DNA from: Octopus bimaculoides
Taxonomy: Eukaryota
Direction of reading: 5' to 3'
Length of the DNA: 37,384 nucleotides
Assembly (NCBI RefSeq): GCF_001194135.2
Contig: NC_069002.1
Span: 5,107,090-5,144,473 of the forward strand
Every line of letters begins with the position of its first letter. Positions within the stretch are counted from its first letter, which is position 1. A program made the position numbers and the translations under genes. This document shows positions 24,533 through 37,384 of the stretch, in pieces. Below the pieces are notes generated by a model, which was not told where the DNA came from, made no database searches, and was given only the letters and a program-made list of their open reading frames with translations.

Positions 24533-24555
24533 TATACGTGTATACATATTTATAA

Positions 24556-24598
<43 letters not shown>

Positions 24599-24987
24599 GA
24601 TATATATAAGTATATACGTGTATACATATTTATAAACACACACACATACACACACACACATATATATGTATGTATGTATGTATGCATGTATGTATGTATG
24701 CATGTATGTATACGGATTAGAAACGTTAAGTAGTGATGTGTACAAACAGAAACTAGTTACGAGTTCAAATATGCCTGAGGTGTATTCGAACTCGTAAGAA
24801 AGACATTCGCTGTATTTTGTTACGGAGAAAAATATTCTCGCTCTGGACAAATATTTGTAAACACATCAAATCAGTCCGTAGTGATTCCTAGTAGGATCCG
24901 ATGGATGCATGCAGTTCGGAGCATCAAACACTTGAAAAGAATGAAGATGCTGAATAGGGGATAACAACTACGAAATGTATGCTTTTG

Positions 24988-25150
24988 TGTGCTGTGTTTA
25001 CGTCCATGTAACTTAGTGGTTCCGTAAAAGAGACTGATAGAATAAGTACCAGGCTTACAAAGAATAAGTCGTGGGGGCGATTAGTTCGAGTAAAGGTGAT
25101 GCTTCAGCATGGCCGCAGTCAAAATGACTGAAACAAGTAAAAGAAAAAAA
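24988..25150 (+). mobile_element. Family A SINE 3' domain
   Basis: TGTTTACGTCCATGTAACTTAGTGGTTCCG...GATAGAATAAGTACCAGGC...CAGCATGGCCGCAGTCAAAATGACTGAAACAAGTAAAAG; reverse complement aligns with 12253-12400 and 21470-21600. Confidence 0.8.
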
Positions 25151-25586
25151 AATGATCAGGTAAAAATTCCGCTGACGATTGTGCCAGTTTGCCGCATTGC
25201 TGTGCCAATTAGAAGACAGGTAGTTTAGTGCTTTTAGAGTGCGTATATACTATAAAGAGCTATCAGCACGAATTGTTTTGCGACCACAAAATTGAGGAAA
25301 CGATTTATTATGAAATGGTATAAGATTCCAAAACAAAATATGTTAATCTCTTAAATTTTACTGGTCACAGAGGAAAAAAAAAATAAATAAAAGCGAAAAG
25401 GCATGTGATCTCCCACAACAACTATTTTACACAACAATGCTAGAAATGTATGTTTACTAACCAGCTTCGTAACACAACAGTAAATCTTCACACGTACGTA
25501 CACACGCACAAACACATATATATATATTCACACATATAAATATATACATACATATATATACATACATACATACATACATACACACA

Positions 25587-25620
<34 letters not shown>

Positions 25621-26189
25621 NNNNNNNNNNNNNNNNNNNNNNNNNNNNNNNNNNNNNNNNNNNNNNNNNNNNNNNNNNNNNNNNNNNNNNNNNNNNNNNN
25701 NNNNNNNNNNNNNNNNNNNNNNNNNNNNNNNNNNNNNNNNNNNNNNNNNNNNNNNNNNNNNNNNNNNNNNNNNNNNNNNNNNNNNNNNNNNNNNNNNNNN
25801 NNNNNNNNNNNNNNNNNNNNNNNNNNNNNNNNNNNNNNNNNNNNNNNNNNNNNNNNNNNNNNNNNNNNNNNNNNNNNNNNNNNNNNNNNNNNNNNNNNNN
25901 NNNNNNNNNNNNNNNNNNNNNNNNNNNNNNNNNNNNNNNNNNNNNNNNNNNNNNNNNNNNNNNNNNNNNNNNNNNNNNNNNNNNNNNNNNNNNNNNNNNN
26001 NNNNNNNNNNNNNNNNNNNNNNNNNNNNNNNNNNNNNNNNNNNNNNNNNNNNNNNNNNNNNNTTTACCCTAATAAAGAAACAAGTAAACCAGCAAAACAA
26101 AATTCACAACAAAAACCAACAACGGGGACAAGCAAAACACGAGAGCTTGTTGCTTCAATTTTGATGAAATAACAAGAAAAGTAAGTCGA

Positions 26190-26257
<68 letters not shown>

Positions 26258-26661
26258 TGATGATTTTAATAATAATGATAATAATGATAATATAACATAA
26301 GAAAAATGTCGAAAGATAACTGTAAAACATTAACTTATTAGTGAAATGTTATTGCTTTTTGTCTTATGTAGGTAATGTGCTGTCAATGTTGGAGCTAATG
26401 GCCGCTTAGCCATCATTTGTAAATACATTAATGGAGAACAAGTAAAACATGCACCAGACTGATTCAGTTTCGAACAACACACATAAATAATGAAATGAAA
26501 TGAAACAAAATAAAAGAAACAAGCCTAAAACAATTCAAATGAAAGCCGTATCATGTTGAAAGGGGAATGCGTACTTTGAATTTGACGCATAAAAAGCAAA
26601 ATGGCGTTTGAAAAAAAATTAGTTGTTCTAGAAACAAATAAATCGGTACACATTCAGTGTA

Positions 26662-26815
26662 ATGGCTTCTGATTTTGGTACAGGACTAGAAATTTCGAGG
26701 GGAACGGCCTAATGGCTAGCATCGATTTCAGTTTTTGGGTCGTACTTTATTTCATCGACCGCGGAGAGATGAAAGGCACAATTCACTGCTGATTTTGTTT
26801 TTGATCTCAGAATGC
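26662..26815 (-). mobile_element. Old family B SINE fragment
   Basis: ATGGCTTCTGATTTTGGTACAGGACTAGAAATTTCG...TTTCATCGACCGCGGAGAGATGAAAGGC resembles 8654-8770. Confidence 0.55.
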
Positions 26816-27191
26816 AAAAAAAAAAACAAAACAAAAAAAAGCTGGACACAAACGCGGTTTGCTGCTGGTAGTTGATTCTATTGTCCCTACTTTCACCGAG
26901 CAAAATCGAATACAACGACAACGTAGAAGACCGAACATATTTCAGTGAAGCCTAATATTTCTATTCTAATTCAGGCCCTGTTGATACCACCGACTCCAGC
27001 TGGTTGAATGCTAAGCATGCTGTATCTGTATGACGGGATATGATCACGAAGCGAAAATTATTGCAAAATACAAAATACGATAAAAACCCGTTATTTTCTT
27101 CTCTATTTTCCACTCGCATACACTCTTCACACATCCGGGTGTCCCATAATAATAATAATAATAGCTCTATCTATCTACCTACCTACTTGCA

Positions 27192-27258
<67 letters not shown>

Positions 27259-27284
27259 ATCTATATCTATCTATCCATCCATCC

Positions 27285-27334
<50 letters not shown>

Positions 27335-27707
27335 TCAAACATACCTGTACGTATACACACATACACACGCAAACACAGAGAGATCATTGATTCAGCTTTG
27401 TATATACACACATATATGCTCCATTAAACTTATCTTTTTATACTATTGTAGTGATTATGTCCACTTGCAAGTGTTTCAGGCGTTTCCCGGATGACATTAC
27501 AGCGAATGGAGATTTATTGATCTCTGGAGTTACTAACCTGCATTCAATTCTTTACTTCCGGTTATTCTTCCGGTTATTCTTCCGGTATACATTTGTTTAC
27601 TTTTTCCCCTCCCCGACCGATGAGATCAATCGTGTTTCGACTCGCTGCCACAAAATCGCTCGGTAATTGAATATCTATTGATAGGTATATAGGTATGTAG
27701 GTACAAG

Positions 27708-27782
<75 letters not shown>

Positions 27783-27861
27783 CGAGAAACATAATGTCAC
27801 ATATATTAATATATATGTATTTTTATCTATGTATCTATGCACATATATGTATCTATATTTA

Positions 27862-27914
<53 letters not shown>

Positions 27915-27919
27915 GTCTG

Positions 27920-27994
<75 letters not shown>

Positions 27995-27999
27995 GTCTG

Positions 28000-28040
<41 letters not shown>

Positions 28041-28931
28041 NNNNNNNNNNNNNNNNNNNNNNNNNNNNNNNNNNNNNNNNNNNNNNNNNNNNNNNNNNNN
28101 NNNNNNNNNNNNNNNNNNNNNNNNNNNNNNNNNNNNNNNNNNNNNNNNNNNNNNNNNNNNNNNNNNNNNNNNNNNNNNNNNNNNNNNNNNNNNNNNNNNN
28201 NNNNNNNNNNNNNNNNNNNNNNNNNNNNNNNNNNNNNNNNNNNNNNNNNNNNNNNNNNNNNNNNNNNNNNNNNNNNNNNNNNNNNNNNNNNNNNNNNNNN
28301 NNNNNNNNNNNNNNNNNNNNNNNNNNNNNNNNNNNNNNNNNNNNNNNNNNNNNNNNNNNNNNNNNNNNNNNNNNNNNNNNNNNNNNNNNNNNNNNNNNNN
28401 NNNNNNNNNNNNNNNNNNNNNNNNNNNNNNNNNNNNNNNNNNNNNNNNNNNNNNNNNNNNNNNNNNNNNNNNNNNNNNNNNNNNNNNNNNNNNNNNNNNN
28501 NNNNNNNNNNNNNNNNNNNNNNNNNNNNNNNNNNNNNNNNNNNNNNNNNNNNNNNNNNNNNNNNNNNNNNNNNNNNNNNNNNNNNNNNNNNNNNNNNNNN
28601 NNNNNNNNNNNNNNNNNNNNNNNNNNNNNNNNNNNNNNNNNNNNNNNNNNNNNNNNNNNNNNNNNNNNNNNNNNNNNNNNNNNNNNNNNNNNNNNNNNNN
28701 NNNNNNNNNNNNNNNNNNNNNNNNNNNNNNNNNNNNNNNNNNNNNNNNNNNNNNNNNNNNNNNNNNNNNNNNNNNNNNNNNNNNNNNNNNNNNNNNNNNN
28801 NNNNNNNNNNNNNNNNNNNNNNNNNNNNNNNNNNNNNNNNNNNNNNNNNNNNNNNNNNNNNNNNNNNNNNNNNNNNNNNNNNNNNNNNNNNNNNNNNNNN
28901 NNNNNNNNNNNNNNNNNNNNNNNNNNNNNNN

Positions 28932-28987
<56 letters not shown>

Positions 28988-29501
28988 CCTCTCTCTATCG
29001 ATCTACATGTGTAGCTGACAAACAAGGAACCTATGAACACATGAACGGTCGAGCGTGACAAAGTTACTATCCGTTTCAACATTCTTTTCACTAAAACCCC
29101 TTTTTCTGTATCCCCTTCCACGCTTACTATTTAATGCATCAACCTTACTCAACGTTGAGTCCCTGATCTGACCTAAGAGAGAATATTGAAATAAAACAAG
29201 TATTTTGTTATGTCGATATAAAGAACCATTTTATCGACAATTGATATTATCTATAATTCCATTTCTACTTATTTTCGTACACTTCGATGCAAAAAAATGT
29301 CCTTTTGCACAATCTCGTTGTCAATGGATTGCATTACTATATATATATATATATATAGTTTATGTATTTGTTTTGCAAGATTGCTGACGTCAAATAGTGG
29401 GCTGAAACAGATATTGTTGTTTCGGTATGGTCATTCTTTTCTTGCCATACAAACACACACACTATTAGTACGTGTGTTTATTTGGCAAGAGTAAAGAAAA
29501 T

Positions 29502-29544
<43 letters not shown>

Positions 29545-30102
29545 NNNNNNNNNNNNNNNNNNNNNNNNNNNNNNNNNNNNNNNNNNNNNNNNNNNNNNNN
29601 NNNNNNNNNNNNNNNNNNNNNNNNNNNNNNNNNNNNNNNNNNNNNNNNNNNNNNNNNNNNNNNNNNNNNNNNNNNNNNNNNNNNNNNNNNNNNNNNNNNN
29701 NNNNNNNNNNNNNNNNNNNNNNNNNNNNNNNNNNNNNNNNNNNNNNNNNNNNNNNNNNNNNNNNNNNNNNNNNNNNNNNNNNNNNNNNNNNNNNNNNNNN
29801 NNNNNNNNNNNNNNNNNNNNNNNNNNNNNNNNNNNNNNNNNNNNNNNNNNNNNNNNNNNNNNNNNNNNNNNNNNNNNNNNNNNNNNNNNNNNNNNNNNNN
29901 NNNNNNNNNNNNNNNNNNNNNNNNNNNNNNNNNNNNNNNNNNNNNNNNNNNNNNNNNNNNNNNNNNNNNNNNNNNNNNNNNNNNNNNNNNNNNNNNNNNN
30001 NNNNNNNNNNNNNNNNNNNNNNNNNNNNNNNNNNNNNNNNNNNNNNNNNNNNNNNNNNNNNNNNNNNNNNNNNNNNNNNNNNNNNNNNNNNNNNNNNNNN
30101 NN

Positions 30103-30138
<36 letters not shown>

Positions 30139-30465
30139 ATGTATGTATATATGTATATATGTATGTATATATGTATATATATACACACACACATTCATAT
30201 ACGAACATGCACGCATAATTGCCATCCTGCGTATATAAAAATGTGCGTGTGTACACATACGTGTAGGTGTACGTATATGTATGTATCGTTTGTTGCACAA
30301 ACAAACCTGTTACTCAACGACTTCCGACAGAAAAAGTCTTCATGTTGATTTTTCTGAAATGTTTCTCTACATTGTTTAATGCAAAGTTTGGACATTCTGT
30401 TAAAATAGCATTTTAAATTTGCAAGTGAAGTCCATAATTTTATCAAAGAGGTGTATACATTAAAA

Positions 30466-30511
<46 letters not shown>

Positions 30512-30635
30512 GTATATGTGTACATAAGTTCTGTGTTTATAATAATTTCTCATATATATACATGTATATATATATATAAGGACAGGAACATATATAATCA
30601 CATATATATAGATACATGCCTTTATATACATAAGT

Positions 30636-30674
<39 letters not shown>

Positions 30675-31980
30675 CACCTATTTATGTACGTTTATGTATA
30701 TATATATATATATATATACAGACACACACAAATTTATATATATACTGTAAATATATATATCTACCTATTCATATGTAATCCTTTATTCCCCCACAGGTAT
30801 ACATATATTTATGCATATGTGCATGTGCATTATGTTTGTGCATATATATATATATGTATGTGTGTGTGTATGTATGAATGTACATACTGTATATATATAT
30901 ATATATATATNNNNNNNNNNNNNNNNNNNNNNNNNNNNNNNNNNNNNNNNNNNNNNNNNNNNNNNNNNNNNNNNNNNNNNNNNNNNNNNNNNNNNNNNNN
31001 NNNNNNNNNNNNNNNNNNNNNNNNNNNNNNNNNNNNNNNNNNNNNNNNNNNNNNNNNNNNNNNNNNNNNNNNNNNNNNNNNNNNNNNNNNNNNNNNNNNN
31101 NNNNNNNNNNNNNNNNNNNNNNNNNNNNNNNNNNNNNNNNNNNNNNNNNNNNNNNNNNNNNNNNNNNNNNNNNNNNNNNNNNNNNNNNNNNNNNNNNNNN
31201 NNNNNNNNNNNNNNNNNNNNNNNNNNNNNNNNNNNNNNNNNNNNNNNNNNNNNNNNNNNNNNNNNNNNNNNNNNNNNNNNNNNNNNNNNNNNNNNNNNNN
31301 NNNNNNNNNNNNNNNNNNNNNNNNNNNNNNNNNNNNNNNNNNNNNNNNNNNNNNNNNNNNNNNNNNNNNNNNNNNNNNNNNNNNNNNNNNNNNNNNNNNN
31401 NNNNNNNNNNNNNNNNNNNNNNNNNNNNNNNNNNNNNNNNNNNNNNNNNNNNNNNNNNNNNNNNNNNNNNNNNNNNNNNNNNNNNNNNNNNNNNNNNNNN
31501 NNNNNNNNNNNNNNNNNNNNNNNNNNNNNNNNNNNNNNNNNNNNNNNNNNNNNNNNNNNNNNNNNNNNNNNNNNNNNNNNNNNNNNNNNNNNNNNNNNNN
31601 NNNNNNNNNNNNNNNNNNNNNNNNNNNNNNNNNNNNNNNNNNNNNNNNNNNNNNNNNNNNNNNNNNNNNNNNNNNNNNNNNNNNNNNNNNNNNNNNNNNN
31701 NNNNNNNNNNNNNNNNNNNNNNNNNNNNNNNNNNNNNNNNNNNNNNNNNNNNNNNNNNNNNNNNNNNATATATATATATATATATATACACATATATATA
31801 TACATATATATATGTATATATATATATTTATAGATATGTATATATATATATCATATATATATATATATGTATACGTATGTAAAGTATGTATATTTATATG
31901 TATGTATGTGTATACATATATATATACTTATATTTGTGCATGTATATATGTATGGAATACATCTATATATATGTATGTAA

Positions 31981-32011
<31 letters not shown>

Positions 32012-32061
32012 GAGCTGAACGATTACAGATATACACATAAATAGTCACTCTCCAATTATAC

Positions 32062-32138
<77 letters not shown>

Positions 32139-32696
32139 CGTATACATATATCCACACATAGACACACACAAGCGCAAGCACACACACACATATTCCTATT
32201 TACATATATAACTATATATATATATATACATACTCTTATATTCATATATAGGCACACAGACAATTAAATCCATGTCTTCGCTGTGTTAATACGCGTTATT
32301 GCCAAGAATATGACCGCAAGCAAATCCATAGATAAAGTACATAACTAATGCTAATGTAAAATATTAATATTGATGCATACAGCTACACTCACACAACACA
32401 GAAACAACACATACATAAATACATACACACACACATGCAAATATGCTTATACGTCTGTGCGTGTATTTACGTGTTTGCGCCTGTATATTTAAATATATCA
32501 ATATATTTATTCGTGTTCGTGTTTATGCGATGCCTGCCTTATAATCTCCAGTAATTATTAGTGTCCATGGATGCTTTTATATGCTTCAGTTGTTCCGATA
32601 TTATGAGAGAAATGCACAATAAATAAGGTTTAGGTTAGAGCATTTTTGGTCTTCCTTCAGAACGTCCTAGCATGTATATATATATATATATATGTA

Positions 32697-32738
<42 letters not shown>

Positions 32739-33099
32739 GTATANNNNNNNNNNNNNNNNNNNNNNNNNNNNNNNNNNNNNNNNNNNNNNNNNNNNNNNNN
32801 NNNNNNNNNNNNNNNNNNNNNNNNNNNNNNNNNNNNNNNNNNNNNNNNNNNNNNNNNNNNNNNNNNNNNNNNNNNNNNNNNNNNNNNNNNNNNNNNNNNN
32901 NNNNNNNNNNNNNNNNNNNNNNNNNNNNNNNNNNNNNNNNNNNNNNNNNNNNNNNNNNNNNNNNNNNNNNNNNNNNNNNNNNNNNNNNNNNNNNNNNNNN
33001 NNNNNNNNNNNNNNNNNNNNNNNNNNNNNNNNNNNNNNNNNNNNNNNNNNNNNNNNNNNNNNNNNNNNNNNNNNNNNNNNNNNNNNNNNNNNNNNNNNN

Positions 33100-33192
<93 letters not shown>

Positions 33193-34670
33193 CACATATA
33201 TGCATAGATCAATGCATACATAATGTGTGTATACACACACACATACGCACATATATATATACACGCTTGCTCTGTACATCATTGAGAAAGCATTGAAATT
33301 GATATACATGAATATGACTGTAGGATTTTGGGAAAATCGGCAGCAAAATATTATTGGGAAAACCATTTCCTCTTAGACGAGAAAGCAAAAAAAAAAAAAA
33401 ACACAAAAAAAACCAAACAACTTAAGATTTGATTCCAACTCTTCAAGAATGAGATGGAGACGAATACAAACTTGCAGGTGGGCGAACGATCAGTTGGAAT
33501 TTAGCAGGAAAAAAAAATGGATGATGTATGTTTCTGTTTGGTGCCCAACAACGGGTAAATGTTTTAGCGAGAGGTCTTCAAATATTTTGTTCATACATAA
33601 GTGTGATTGAGGTGTTTGTGTTGTAACCATGTGTTATGTGGAAGTAGAACACCCTTATGGGTTGGCTCCTAATGGGCTGTTCCACAATATAAATGGACAT
33701 ACGCAGAGAGCATTCATAGCAGAGTAAACCCTATTTTTTGGTTTACGTGTGATTTATTGGGATTTCAGCTTCGGCCCAGGTTGGTGTTAATTTTGGAACT
33801 GTTGAATATTTGAAGTGTTATTTGTATAAATAGTTGTTCAATTGTTTGACGAATTTTTGACGTAATTTCAACACATAGCTTGTTAAGAAATCTTGTGTGT
33901 TTTGTTGTTTCTCCTCCCGCACGAAGGATGAAGGTGGAGATGCCGGATGCAGAGAAAAATGGAAGCTACGCAGCAGTAGCCGGTAAAACGAATGTAACGA
34001 ATGGAACGAGTTTCGAAATTGAGAGAGGTAATTATATCTATTGATAAACTGCGGAAATGTAAAGATGCACCGGAGTCTTTGATCATCTGTCAAGTCACAA
34101 CAAGGACGTCAAACAGATAATACTTTCCTTAACCATTAGGCCCTAACCACTAGGCCACGTGCGTTCACTAGAAGTAGAATATTATTCCTGAACCCAGCCT
34201 TGATGCTAAATTTCTCTGACATCAGACCCTATATTTTGAAGAGGTAAAAAGCAGAGTATGACGGAGTCCTGGATGCATTAAGTCTGAATATAATTAGATA
34301 TGTTTGGGATCCATACTGCTATAGTTATTAGGGAAAGTGCAAATGCAGATGATATTTCAACCGTCAGATATCCGTAAAACGTCAACTTGATAAAAGACAT
34401 TACTATGCCATTTGGTTGAAAAATACTGATTACTTTCAGCTGGAAACCTAAGGTACCAGAAAAGTAGTAAAAATTCTATTAATGTCCGTTTGTCTGTCTG
34501 TATGTACGTACGCATGTTTGTATATATATATATATATACGTACGTAGTACATAGAAACGTACATACATACATACATATATATATAAATAAATACAGGGAT
34601 GGTATTATTAAAATACCATCACGAGTGGCAAGCGAATTATCAGCCGTAGAGGCAAGTTAATAAAATATAT

Positions 34671-34786
34671 ACAAGGGCACTACATGGCCACCTACATCGC
34701 TAAAAAATAGAAGTCAAATGGTGGTACAGAAGTATTTGTTCGACTTCTATTTTTTAGCGATGTAGGTGGCCATGTAGTGCCCTTGT
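34671..34786. repeat. Perfect 45-bp inverted repeat with 26-nt spacer (MITE-like)
   Basis: 34671-34715 ACAAGGGCACTACATGGCCACCTACATCGCTAAAAAATAGAAGTC is the exact reverse complement of 34742-34786. Confidence 0.97.
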
Positions 34787-34824
34787 GTATATACGTACAT
34801 ATCTAATATTGTATGTATATATTT

Positions 34825-34887
<63 letters not shown>

Positions 34888-34950
34888 AGTCTGTATAGAA
34901 AGAAGTTGTTCTTTCCTAGGGATATATTTTCCAAGTGTACACCAGTTTGG

Positions 34951-35004
<54 letters not shown>

Positions 35005-35524
35005 GTGCCTATTTGGCTAAAGTGTGTGGGATTATCGACTGAATTCTTATGCAATTAACTGGAATATGCAACAGACGAAATTCGCAGAGTAGGCAATAAA
35101 TCCAGATACATCAATATATTGTTAGCAGCAAGACATGTATATCGGATTATATAACACACTAAGAATAACATTTTTTTCCCCTTTCGCTTTTACTCATGGT
35201 AAGTTCTGTGTACACAAGCTTCCCTGATGATATACCTAATCGAAGTAATTTTTTTTTCATTGATCTGTATCGACATGACATTCGTTTGACTTGTACCCCT
35301 ACGACTGTTTTCAATCCTCTTTGTAAATCCTTTTTTTTTTTCAATTAGCCGAGTTAAATTCGGATTCATATGTCCACTACTGTCACACACGTTTCGAATT
35401 ACTGAAAGATAACAAAGGCTGTATGGATTAAGAAAACGTGAGCTGGATCAATCACCTGTGAATGTAATCGATAATGCAATCAGTAAAACATTCGCTGCTT
35501 GATTAAAAAAATCTTGTTTCGTTT

Positions 35525-36160
<636 letters not shown>

Positions 36161-36894
36161 AACCACTTTTTTTCCTAAGAACTTGGTCCTCGATAAAGAT
36201 TTATGTATTTACTGATGACTTCCATTATCTAAGTATAAACACACAAAATTGCACAGGAAACTGCTCTTTTATAGTTTGTAAAACCATTGGAATGGTAAAG
36301 AAAATAACACGAAATATATTTTGACAGTTTGACATCGGTCGATTCAAAAATAAAATTGGAGAAAGAAAGAGCCTAAAATATTGACAACTGTCATTTTAAC
36401 ACGTCATCAAACAGGAAGATTTCAGATTTCACTTTACATATAACAAATCGAATATGTGATAAAATTGTAGCAATTATTGTTTTACTGAAAAAATCTAAAG
36501 AAATCTTATTGAATTAATCGGAATTTATATCATTTAGATATGCAATCAACCGATCAAATTTATACAAATTTGATGCTAAACGGATTGGCGTTTTGACAAG
36601 TTATGCAATTAACCATGTTGTGAATTATCTACAATGCCATTAAGCGGGATTTGATGCTTTCAGTTAATATATATATATGTACAAACACACACATACATAC
36701 ACACATGTATATGCACACACACACATATGTATGTACATAAATGTTTTTGCATGTAGCTATGCATATATGTACACATTCACATTACACACACATACATGTA
36801 TATATATAATCGCATGGGTTCAAAATGAGGTGAAAAATAGTACTCAAATACCAAATGTAGAGTAGAATGTTTATTTATTGGTCTATATTGTGAC

Positions 36895-36945
36895 AACTAT
36901 CTGATGAAAGGTTACGTAAAACTTTGAGTAACACTTTGTTTAGTT
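36895..36945 (+). ncRNA. Degenerate type I hammerhead-like relic
   Basis: Stem I AACTA/TAGTT, CTGATGA, stem II AAGGTT/AACTTT, GA(GT)AA instead of GAAA, 3-bp stem III, GTT triplet. Confidence 0.3.
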
Positions 36946-37285
36946 TCTTTTCGAATTTAGCAAAATAGTAGATATACACACACATACTCATACATACATA
37001 TACATATTATATATATATATATATATATATATAAGTATAAATATGTATATATACATGCATGCATACTGACGCACACAAATGTATCATTATGCATATGTTT
37101 GTCTAGTTGTTCGTACGGCTGTGTGTGTGTTATCATTGAATATAGGATGGGTAGATACTGTCATTGAAGGTAAGTGAACAGACAAACAAGACGATAAGAG
37201 AGAGAAAGAGAGAGAGAGAAGGAGAGATAGAGAGAAATATACATACATGTATATAGATAAAGAAATATATAGACAGACAGACAGA

Positions 37286-37360
<75 letters not shown>

Positions 37361-37384
37361 TAGAGAGAGAGAAAGAGAGAGAGA

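Noticed and set aside
24531-24650. 80-bp-period direct repeat
   Set aside because: Local duplication inside a compound microsatellite; possibly assembly stutter.
33500-33760. Possible decayed Penelope RT-GIY-YIG linker on the minus strand (LCVCPFI / PIRVFY / PHNT / NIY / ETYI pieces)
   Set aside because: Needs several frameshifts to assemble; not supportable without a translated profile search.
35159-35390. Two overlapping minus-strand ORFs of 61-66 aa
   Set aside because: Short, Lys-rich from A-runs, no recognisable motif.
36553-36574. 9-bp hairpin ATCAAATTT/AAATTTGAT
   Set aside because: A short AT-rich stem is expected by chance in this composition.

Overview
Eukaryotic, AT-rich, microsatellite-saturated draft scaffold, with 14 N-gaps totalling about 7.5 kb (about 20%), almost all flanked by simple repeats. 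The repeat landscape strongly suggests an octopod cephalopod (inference). The only credible gene is a single-exon 570-aa class A aminergic GPCR on the minus strand (1980-3692), most similar to alpha-adrenergic-like octopamine receptors (OAMB/Lym-oa1 type). It has a catechol-type set of pocket serines and a long ECL2 carrying four N-glycan sequons and an acidic Gly-Ser-Gly motif. The remaining ~33 kb upstream is non-coding: two tRNA-derived SINE families, a ~510-bp repeat inserted in an (ATT)n tract, a Helentron/HINE-like element and many microsatellites. Structure not explained by these features: two perfect long inverted repeats (32 bp with a 3-nt loop at 14514-14580; 45 bp with a 26-nt spacer at 34671-34786), a SINE fold-back (12569-12822), a microhomology-joined inverted copy (22092/22964) and three degenerate hammerhead-ribozyme-like motifs (23171, 36895, ~16770). 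All other ORFs in the track are repeat or gap artefacts.
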